This document shows, piece after piece, positions 56,794 to 64,000 of a DNA stretch of 64,000 nt (within the stretch, counting starts at the first letter, position 1; each line of letters begins with the position of its first letter). Both the position numbers and the translations under genes were made by a program. The DNA comes from a virus (taxonomy: Duplodnaviria > Caudoviricetes), in the IMG/VR virus record IMGVR_UViG_3300030433_001901, positions 1 through 64,000 of that record; one strand, 5' to 3'. The notes beneath the pieces are model-generated. The model worked only from the letters and a program-made list of their open reading frames with translations. It ran no database searches and had not been told where the DNA came from.

Positions 56794-58181
56794 ATCATCT
56801 CCACAAGTCGGTTAGCGTCGTCAAGAAGACGCAGGGTTTCGCCGTCCCGATTAAACATCGCATGAAGTCCGACTTCATCAATGTTCCAGTCTTTAAGTAA
56901 TTCTTCACGCTTATCCGGCACATCTTTCCAATTCAACCATTTTACTATACGATACAATTCATCGCGTCGTGATTTGATAATGTCGGTTTTACGACCGCGC
57001 AAATCAAGCAATTCAAGAACAGCACCCGCTTGACCTTTTTTCATTCGGAGATGTGGGCGCAAACCTTTCATTAATTTCCTTAAATCGTCTTCACTATAAA
57101 ACTGTAATCTATGTTGTGTTCGTCTGCTATTTTTATGAATCTTCAAGTCTGTTTGAAGAACACCGCAACCAAGAGCCTTGTGTAGTTGTTCGCAATGCAT
57201 CTTACCTCTTTCTCCTGTGGCTATGAATCCAGCCCTTGGTTCAAGACGCTTAGTGATTGTAATATAACCATCAGCGTCAAGAAATCCAGCGGCGTAAGCC
57301 CACACATCTTTGAAAATAACTGTGTCGTCGCGAACTACACCCCATGTTGCACCAATCTTTTCAATATCATATTCAACCCCATGCATTTTGAAAAGCGCGC
57401 TTAATTTCTGCGTAGTCAAACTTTTTACTCCGTCCATGCTGGCAACAACTTCTCTTGCTGATAAAGGACCGCGCTTTTCAAGTATTGATGTTGCTTTAGT
57501 CAACCATATCGCTTCACTTTTTTTGATGTTGTCAATTGAATGCAAACTATTTTTCCATTCTTTTTTAGAATCTTTTTTCAACTGTTGAGCATCAACCCAC
57601 ATTTGTCTTTGTTCATCGTTAAATTCTCCATCTATCAAAAGCAACTTACTAATGATGTCGTTTGCTTTCTCCCATTGAACACAAGCGCGGCGAAGTGCAT
57701 ACTCGCGAGTCAAACCGTGTTTGCGAAGTGCTTGAAGGTCGCGCTCATTAATACCTAAATTTCTAACCGTATCTTCATGCTTACCAATCCATTCAATAGA
57801 TTGAAGAGTTGCTTCAACTTCTTGTTTCTTTGCTATACGGATTGCATTGATAGCATGGTCAATAGCATCGCGCATATCTTTATGTTCACGACGCGCCATT
57901 CTCAAATCTTTGACTAAATCACCAGCACCGCGACCAAACATTGATTGAAACCAACCTCCATCGGGTAGTGAACGCTTAAGTTGTTCTTGCACTACTTGTT
58001 TTATTTTATCTTCTTCTTCTTGCTCACCCGTTTCATTGGGTTTTGGTGGTGTTGGGTTGGCGTTTGCTTCACCTTGTCCTTGATTAGTTGGTTGTGGTGC
58101 GTCGCCAAACGATGCACCCTGTATAGTATTTTTCAATATCATATCAATGAAAGTGCTTTCATCGGATAAATCAATCATCAT
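56790..58181 (-). CDS. Helical/wHTH protein fused to a single LAGLIDADG endonuclease-like domain
   Basis: YAAGFLDADGYI...LGCG...LRPHLRMKKGQA. Confidence 0.8.
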   Translation of the reverse strand: MMIDLSDESTFIDMILKNTIQGASFGDAPQPTNQGQGEANANPTPPKPNETGEQEEEDKIKQVVQEQLKRSLPDGGWFQSMFGRGAGDLVKDLRMARREHKDMRDAIDHAINAIRIAKKQEVEATLQSIEWIGKHEDTVRNLGINERDLQALRKHGLTREYALRRACVQWEKANDIISKLLLIDGEFNDEQRQMWVDAQQLKKDSKKEWKNSLHSIDNIKKSEAIWLTKATSILEKRGPLSAREVVASMDGVKSLTTQKLSALFKMHGVEYDIEKIGATWGVVRDDTVIFKDVWAYAAGFLDADGYITITKRLEPRAGFIATGERGKMHCEQLHKALGCGVLQTDLKIHKNSRRTQHRLQFYSEDDLRKLMKGLRPHLRMKKGQAGAVLELLDLRGRKTDIIKSRRDELYRIVKWLNWKDVPDKREELLKDWNIDEVGLHAMFNRDGETLRLLDDANRLVEMI

Positions 58182-58296
58182 TCTGTTCCACCTTCTTCAT
58201 CGCTTGAGGTTTTCCATACTTAATCCAACACTTCTTACATAATCCAAACGGGTAAATACTTTCTTCAACATAACACCACCCGCAATAATCAAACAT
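58171..58296 (-). CDS. 41-aa Zn-finger micro-protein (not in ORF track)
   Basis: MFDYCGWCY...GLCKKCWIKYGKP; fills the gap between neighbours. Confidence 0.6.
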   Translation of the reverse strand: MFDYCGWCYVEESIYPFGLCKKCWIKYGKPQAMKKVEQNDD

Positions 58297-58297
58297 T

Positions 58298-58972
58298 TCA
58301 ACAATTCCATCTTTTCAACGCCGCACCCTTCGGTGTTAGTTTGCCCTTTTTAGAAGTCGGTCCTTTAACACCGCTCATTCTCGCGCAGAATGATTTTCGC
58401 CTTTTGGCCTTCTTTGACCCTGCTTTGAGTTTGCTTGGTTTAGTGGTCACAGGAGGTTTCAAGTTTGAACCTTGTTCGCGTTTTGCTTTAGCGCGACCTT
58501 TAGCGTTCAAGCCGCCTTTGCGATGATGTCTGTTTGGGTTATAACCATGAAATGGTTTGCTCTTCTTCTTCGCTTTCAATACAGAACTTGCTATATCAAA
58601 CGGTGAACAACAATCACAAAAAGATACTTCTTTCGCTATGTCTTCATCATTCATCATTGCTAATTCTTCGGCTGTTATCGGTTCATGCATTATATATTCG
58701 TAGTCCATCTTCACCACCGTGGGCTTACCGCCCACACCTTGTTTTTTACTGCGCTTGCGTTTTGTCGCCGCGCGTTTTTGACCTTCGGACATAGAGCCGG
58801 AAGTCTTTGGAGTTTTACTTGATACCTTGACGGAAGGGCGACATTTTGGATAACCCTTTGAAGAAGTCTTGGCTTTACTTCGCCCACACGGGGGGTGTGA
58901 ACCGTCTTTATTTTTACGAGAAACATCAACCCACTTCTCCTTAAACCAACGGTTCAAATTTTTCTCAACCAT
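58298..58972 (-). CDS. Two-module, very basic protein (marine-virus domains) with an acidic linker
   Basis: LNRWFKEKWVDV...PCGR...YPKCRP and GGLNAKGR...RRKSFCARM...ALKRWNC; linker ends SPFDIASSVLK. Confidence 0.75.
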   Translation of the reverse strand: MVEKNLNRWFKEKWVDVSRKNKDGSHPPCGRSKAKTSSKGYPKCRPSVKVSSKTPKTSGSMSEGQKRAATKRKRSKKQGVGGKPTVVKMDYEYIMHEPITAEELAMMNDEDIAKEVSFCDCCSPFDIASSVLKAKKKSKPFHGYNPNRHHRKGGLNAKGRAKAKREQGSNLKPPVTTKPSKLKAGSKKAKRRKSFCARMSGVKGPTSKKGKLTPKGAALKRWNC

Positions 58973-59280
58973 TACTTACCCGCCCACGCATCACATGTAT
59001 AATCTTCGCGGCAATTGAAATCATACCACTTACAATAACCCGTCATTGGGTCTTCTGTTGCTGAATCGTCCCACGCTTTACAATTCCCACACTTCTTTGA
59101 ACCTGTGGCCTTGCGATAATTTGGCGCGTCTTTCTTGGCTTTCATGAAAACCCACGCATCGTCCATTTTAGCAACCATTTGTGTATCTGCGTATTTCGGA
59201 CACATACCAACTGCATGATTATGAATAGGACAAGGCGCGTTAGGGTCAACAGCACCGCATGTTCCGCAAGCAACATTCAT
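58972..59280 (-). CDS. Protein with a HiPIP-like 4-Cys domain after an AW.FMK tag
   Basis: PNY...KKCGNC..W...GYC.......YTCDAW. Confidence 0.65.
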   Translation of the reverse strand: MNVACGTCGAVDPNAPCPIHNHAVGMCPKYADTQMVAKMDDAWVFMKAKKDAPNYRKATGSKKCGNCKAWDDSATEDPMTGYCKWYDFNCREDYTCDAWAGK

Positions 59281-59477
59281 TTCTTCTTACCCCCTTTCTT
59301 CTTTTTACCACGGAACTTACCGCGACAGTATTGAACAGCCCAACCATTTGCATACGCGCTTGGATAAACCTTGAATTTACGCTTCGCCGCGGCTTTACCC
59401 GCCGGACATAGTTTCTTTTCAAGCATATCAAACGCCGCATTCGTTCCTACACAAAATTCACAATTACAATCAGTCAT
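59277..59477 (-). CDS. Small basic YPSAYANG-motif protein
   Basis: GAGGTG SD; AAAKRKFKVYPSAYANGWAVQYC. Confidence 0.7.
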   Translation of the reverse strand: MTDCNCEFCVGTNAAFDMLEKKLCPAGKAAAKRKFKVYPSAYANGWAVQYCRGKFRGKKKKGGKKK

Positions 59478-59479
59478 TA

Positions 59480-59782
59480 TCAAACACCTCGGCATATAGG
59501 GCAAGGGTCGCCCTCATCTATTGTTCCTCTCCCTTGACAAGCAGGGCAGTTAGCATCACCGCTTGGAGTTTGTGTCATAAACTGTTGAAGAAATTGTTGC
59601 ATTTCGCGCTCTTCTTCAAGATTCAAAGGTTGACTTAAATCTCTTGCTGGTTGACAATGATGGTTGTTTAATCCGGTTTCACCGTAAAAATAACGCTTAC
59701 ATTTAGGGCATTGCACTTTACGACCACCATAACCTTCATCACCGAGAGGTATGTTTTTCAAAAGATTCCACCAATCGCTCAA
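59480..59782 (-). CDS. Zn-finger protein with N-terminal WW.LLK tag
   Basis: MSDWWNLLK; CPKC..F......NHH (C2H2-like); CPACQGRG...CPICRG (DnaJ-type repeats). Confidence 0.7.
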   Translation of the reverse strand: MSDWWNLLKNIPLGDEGYGGRKVQCPKCKRYFYGETGLNNHHCQPARDLSQPLNLEEEREMQQFLQQFMTQTPSGDANCPACQGRGTIDEGDPCPICRGV

Positions 59783-61179
59783 TCTAACAACCCCGCCATT
59801 ATTTCATCTAAGTCCACTATGCGCTCACGGAACTCCGTGGTCGCCCAATGCGCTAACGCGAGAGCAATAGCAAAGTCATCGTGCCTACCAATGCTGTCAA
59901 GCCGACCCTTCTTGCTCATACCAAACATAAGCAACTCTCGCTCAAGTTCGGACATCAGCGTGCGAGAACGGTCGTCGCCCCACGGCAGACGGATTTGCTC
60001 TTTCTCAAAGCGCAATACCAAACCCATGAGAAGCGACTCGCGGCGTTGGCGTGTGGAAATAAATGTCTTGATAGGTAAATCTGTATCTGCGCGTAATTCA
60101 GTTGCGAACACACGCTGGAAGTTGTTTGCTTCAAGTTCAATCACATCGGGGTTAAACTTCGCGTTGAGTCTTTGAATCTCCATAATCTGCGTGCGGAAGT
60201 CCATATTCTTACGACGGATTGCGTGAACTAACTCAAGCAGTTCGGGATTAGTTGATGGACGGCGAAGCACCACCATTACAGTATAGTCAGCCGCTCGGTC
60301 GCTTGAAATCGCAGGGTCCCAACCAATGAAGTATTGGTCGTCGGGGTCGCCTACTTCGCGTTCAATCAACTTCAATGATGAGTCTTTAGCGGCTTGAAGA
60401 ATGGTTGATGGGAATAGACTTGATACATCGTCCATTGGTTCACAAAGATATTCACGCGCGAATGCTATCGCTGGCATATCATTTCTGCGCGCATCTAATG
60501 ATTCTAAATCCCAACGCTCCGGCCACAACGCTTCGCCTTTGACATTGATAGCCGGGTATGTTTCAACAAGATAACCGTCGCGACTTTCAAGTTCTGTGTA
60601 TAAATCAGTTGGAGTAAAGGGTGTCCCGACTATCATTAGTTTTGATGTGTGGTGGAGCGTCGGGACAAGGACTTCATAAAACCATGATGCGACGCGAGCA
60701 AGTTCTGTGTCAGTTGTTCCCCACAGAATGTCGTCGCATAAAATAAGGTCGGGGTGAATACCACGGATAGCACCACCAACTGACTTCGCGCTAATGTTAG
60801 AACCATTAGCAAAACCAAAAAATGTCTTTGACCAAGAATCCGGCTTCTTCATTTTAGCAAGAAACGGCACACTATCAATCAAATCATTAAGTGTTCTCAT
60901 GTGGTGTATAGACTGGTGAAGACTGTGTGAAATCAATACCGCTTTGGTCTTTGGATTAAACGCTGTTTTCCAAAGCATATAACCAAGAAATAGCGTTGAC
61001 TTGCCGTGGTCACGCGCCGCTTTTACACAGTATCTTTTACGCGACTCAAGATTGTTGAACCACTGTTCGTGATGCCACGATAGTTGAAAACCAAGTATTT
61101 CTTCAAAGAAGAACTTGAAATCACGCTTCGCTACCTCAAAGTCAATTTCTTCAATTGCTTCAAGTGATAGCGACTGCAC
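59779..61179 (-). CDS. terL: Terminase large subunit
   Basis: Walker A AARDHGKST, IRG...LILCDD, IVGTP, nuclease IGWDPA, EAN.FQ, HDDFAIALALA. Confidence 0.93.
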   Translation of the reverse strand: MQSLSLEAIEEIDFEVAKRDFKFFFEEILGFQLSWHHEQWFNNLESRKRYCVKAARDHGKSTLFLGYMLWKTAFNPKTKAVLISHSLHQSIHHMRTLNDLIDSVPFLAKMKKPDSWSKTFFGFANGSNISAKSVGGAIRGIHPDLILCDDILWGTTDTELARVASWFYEVLVPTLHHTSKLMIVGTPFTPTDLYTELESRDGYLVETYPAINVKGEALWPERWDLESLDARRNDMPAIAFAREYLCEPMDDVSSLFPSTILQAAKDSSLKLIEREVGDPDDQYFIGWDPAISSDRAADYTVMVVLRRPSTNPELLELVHAIRRKNMDFRTQIMEIQRLNAKFNPDVIELEANNFQRVFATELRADTDLPIKTFISTRQRRESLLMGLVLRFEKEQIRLPWGDDRSRTLMSELERELLMFGMSKKGRLDSIGRHDDFAIALALAHWATTEFRERIVDLDEIMAGLLD

Positions 61180-61185
61180 ACACCA

Positions 61186-62874
61186 TCACCTAATATCTAA
61201 CCCTTTCAATAATGAATCCCATGATGCTTCGTGATTATCTTCACTTAGATTCATTGCTCCTATATCCGCCATTTCACTTGCCATATCGGGATTATCAAAT
61301 ACAAATTCTTCTTCTGCTTCTTCAACAATCTTTTTTGCATCGGGATTACCTTGCTTCGCGGCTTGGTCAATAGCCTTTGCTTGTGCCGGAGTATAACCCA
61401 TTTCCATTAAAGCCGCTTCAACAGCCTTTCCTGTTTTACCACTAAACTTACCAGCGGCAGTCATACCTTCCGTTCCTACACCACCTTGCAACATGGCTTG
61501 CATTGCATCTTCGTAATTAGCGAATGGGGTTTTTTGGTGTTGAGCATACACTTTATCTAACCCACCCGCGACTCTATCACCTGCGGTTGCACCTAATTTC
61601 ATACCAGCGTCGCCAGCAAACCTTTGTCCAAATGTTGGTTCAGTCGCCGTAGCGGTTTCCGGTTCAACCTTCATTGGTTGCCCCGCGTCTTGTGGTGGTG
61701 TTCCTGTTTCGGGTCCTTCTCTATTTTCATTTATGTATTCTTCAACGGATTGACCGGAGCGTGGGAATTGCGGTGTTGTTCCTGTTTGCGGCTCGTTGAA
61801 TACAAATTCTTCTTCTTCTTCCTTCGGCACTATATCAGTATCAGCCGCTCGCTCCGCTTCGGGTGTTGGTGCTTTCGGCATTGCTGGTGGCTCCGGTTCT
61901 TTTTCCGGCACGACATTAGAAGGCGCGTATGCCGCTCCTTCTCGTTCTGCTTGATTCCTTGCTCGTCGCTCATCACCGCGTCGCTTCATACCAGCGAAGA
62001 AACCTTCTTTTGGTTGTTCGCGTCTTGCACCTATGTCTTTGATTTCTTGTCGCATAGCGTCTTGAGCAGTCATAGTTGGGTTGCCTTCACTATCGGTTGG
62101 GATATTGATGTTGTAGTCGCGAGCAAGTTGTTGATTGATGGCTCCACGCGCTCTATCCATGTTTTCATCAAAGCCTTGACTACCCGGAACATTTCTGCGT
62201 TCTGCGTCGTCAACTTGTCGCTGTCCGCGACCAAGACCAGTTTCAAGTGCATTTCTTCGTGCTTCATCTTCGCTCCTTGCGCGGCTATCTCTAAATGATT
62301 GCATAGCGGCTTGTGGGGCATGTCGTAAGTCGCTAATTCCACGACCAACCTTACCCATGAAATTACCCATGCGTTGTCGCATACCTCCTTCTTTAGAAGT
62401 GTCGGCGGCTCTTGCGGCTCTTCGGTCCTTCATTCCTTGAAAGATATTCTTACCCGCTTGCATAGCGGCTTGGCCGTAAAAACCAGCACCCGCTAAATCT
62501 CCAACTTTGGTGCTACCACCACGGACTGCTTCACCTGCTTGCGCAGAACGCATAGCGCGGTTTGCTTGCTTCACCGCTCTTGGGTTTGGTGCGACAGCAG
62601 TTCCCGCCGCCGGAACAGCAGGTCTAAATTGTTCATTAGGCATACCGAATATCGGTTGTTGTGGAAGATTCTTCCGAATGATGTCGGGGTGAGAGTTGTC
62701 GCGCTCCGCGACAGCCTTGATGAGAGGTTCCCAACTGTTGTCTTGGACATCAAACATAACATAGTTCATGTCCGCGACGGTGCCGCCTTTTGCAAAAATA
62801 AATTCCATAGTCCCTAAGTCGCGACCGTGTTCCAGCATACTACTATTCCATTCTATTTCCCATGTTTCAACCAT
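61186..62874 (-). CDS. Low-complexity helical protein (putative internal/ejected virion protein)
   Basis: GGAGGTG SD before the ATG at 62874; Ala/Gln/Gly/Met-rich; SWEPLIK near the N-terminus and ASWDSLLK at the C-terminus. Confidence 0.7.
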   Translation of the reverse strand: MVETWEIEWNSSMLEHGRDLGTMEFIFAKGGTVADMNYVMFDVQDNSWEPLIKAVAERDNSHPDIIRKNLPQQPIFGMPNEQFRPAVPAAGTAVAPNPRAVKQANRAMRSAQAGEAVRGGSTKVGDLAGAGFYGQAAMQAGKNIFQGMKDRRAARAADTSKEGGMRQRMGNFMGKVGRGISDLRHAPQAAMQSFRDSRARSEDEARRNALETGLGRGQRQVDDAERRNVPGSQGFDENMDRARGAINQQLARDYNINIPTDSEGNPTMTAQDAMRQEIKDIGARREQPKEGFFAGMKRRGDERRARNQAEREGAAYAPSNVVPEKEPEPPAMPKAPTPEAERAADTDIVPKEEEEEFVFNEPQTGTTPQFPRSGQSVEEYINENREGPETGTPPQDAGQPMKVEPETATATEPTFGQRFAGDAGMKLGATAGDRVAGGLDKVYAQHQKTPFANYEDAMQAMLQGGVGTEGMTAAGKFSGKTGKAVEAALMEMGYTPAQAKAIDQAAKQGNPDAKKIVEEAEEEFVFDNPDMASEMADIGAMNLSEDNHEASWDSLLKGLDIR

Positions 62875-64000
62875 TGATTGCACCTCCGCAAGACCTCTTG
62901 ATAGCGCGAACCACATCGTGGGTAGTGTTAAAGGATTTCGCTATAACCCCCCAATCACCAAGCGACATAGCAATCGCGCGAACATCAATACTTGACATGC
63001 CAACATCTTGACCCAATTTCTGCATATCAAAATTATCCATAGGGTCATATTTCACTAACAAAGAGCCACCTGCATCATGCATTTGCACGCGCTCCATGAT
63101 AGTCGCGATGATACCCATTGGGTCGTCATCGGAGAATTGAAAACTTGATGGGTCAAAGTAAGGATTGAATGATGGATTGATTTGTGGTTGAACTGGTGCT
63201 GGCGGTAGTGGCTCTTGTGTTGACAGCGCGGGTGGTGGTTCGCTCATAGGCATATCCGATACAATAGGTTGAGGTGGTAATACATCAGCAGTTGAACCAC
63301 CGCTCAAATGTTCGGGGAATGATTCGTATATGTGTTTCATATCACTTGCGAAATTACCTCTCATCGCGTGTCTTTCATCAACACTACCAAGCGCGTCTAA
63401 ATCAACTTTCTTACCACCCTCATTCAAAGCAATTTGTCGCCAACCATTTACTATACTTGGTGGCGGTGAACCAAATAAAGAATACTCGGCTGGCTCAACA
63501 CCTAACTCTTGCGCTGTTTTCATCATTGCTAAAATTTCAACAGCCTTAGCGTTTCTTCCTCTATCTCCACCTTCAACCTCTCTTGCTATATGGCTTCGGT
63601 GATTAGCAAACATGTTATGCACATCTTCATCACTATTTATTCTTAGAACATTACGCATGTTGCGAACTATCTTATTGACATTAGTTTCAGCACCTTCCGA
63701 GCCGCGCCCATATAACAATTGATTGATTGGTGCGCGAGCCATTGAGCGCGCGGTTGGTTGGTCATAGCCCATTTCTATTAATTGATTCATAACTTTCTTT
63801 GACATATTACCTTCTGTTGAAGGAACAAAGAAATCGGGAGGTAATATAGATACTATATCCATCGGACTATACTTACCATAAGCGGCAGTTTGTGAATGTA
63901 AATCTTTGTAATGAGAAGGATATAATGTATTATCTCTATGAGTTGGAGGTCTGTCTTTTGAAGTATAACGATGCGTTATACCTTGTGTTAATTGTTGTGG
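62867..64000 (-). CDS. Hypothetical late protein, 5' end outside the window
   Basis: Frame stays open from 64000 through the ATG at 63862 (PQQLTQG...KYSPM). Confidence 0.75.
   Translation of the reverse strand, partial: PQQLTQGITHRYTSKDRPPTHRDNTLYPSHYKDLHSQTAAYGKYSPMDIVSILPPDFFVPSTEGNMSKKVMNQLIEMGYDQPTARSMARAPINQLLYGRGSEGAETNVNKIVRNMRNVLRINSDEDVHNMFANHRSHIAREVEGGDRGRNAKAVEILAMMKTAQELGVEPAEYSLFGSPPPSIVNGWRQIALNEGGKKVDLDALGSVDERHAMRGNFASDMKHIYESFPEHLSGGSTADVLPPQPIVSDMPMSEPPPALSTQEPLPPAPVQPQINPSFNPYFDPSSFQFSDDDPMGIIATIMERVQMHDAGGSLLVKYDPMDNFDMQKLGQDVGMSSIDVRAIAMSLGDWGVIAKSFNTTHDVVRAIKRSCGGAING

Noticed and set aside
56790-57310. Intein or group I intron around the LAGLIDADG domain
   Set aside because: No C/S-start or HN-C/S/T splice motifs and no interrupted host gene; terminase, portal and PolB read through intact.
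1-64000. tRNA, rRNA, integrase, or alternative genetic code
   Set aside because: Coding density leaves almost no room and no such signatures were seen; genes tile tightly with standard stops, including TGA and TAG.

Overview
This 64 kb window is part of a tailed dsDNA virus (Caudoviricetes) genome that very probably infects archaea. Gene content and order match the magroviruses of Marine Group II Euryarchaeota (Poseidoniales): archaeal-type PolB, a PriS-PriL-fused primase, an ERCC4 nuclease, a group II chaperonin and GGTGA/GAGGTGA Shine-Dalgarno motifs. There are two convergent blocks. The + strand block (1-10339) is replication: PolB, Cas4-like nuclease, primase, XPF, MCM-like helicase, 3'-5' exonuclease, thermosome. 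The - strand block (10311-64000) is morphogenesis: terminase, portal, protease-scaffold, HK97 capsid, neck, tail tube, frameshifted tail chaperone, tape measure, a 5160-aa tail protein and tail fibre. Main candidate for an undescribed system: a short shared peptide, roughly [PV]-[FM]-D-x-A-W-x-(x)-L-L-K|[AGEN], recurs in about 10 unrelated late proteins at N-termini, C-termini and between domains. It ends in the same hydrophobic-x-K site that flanks the prohead protease domain and the capsid N-arm. I infer it is a capsid-targeting and protease-release tag that loads cargo into the head. Tagged cargo includes a metallothionein-like peptide, a HiPIP-like domain, Zn fingers, an HNH-like domain, basic DNA-binding modules and a catalytically degenerate DNA ligase. 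Also visible are a -1 frameshift site with a hairpin in the tail chaperone and an apparent near-total absence of six 4-bp palindromes and YCWGR, alongside CGCG excess. All calls come from motif reading only; no database search or count was run.
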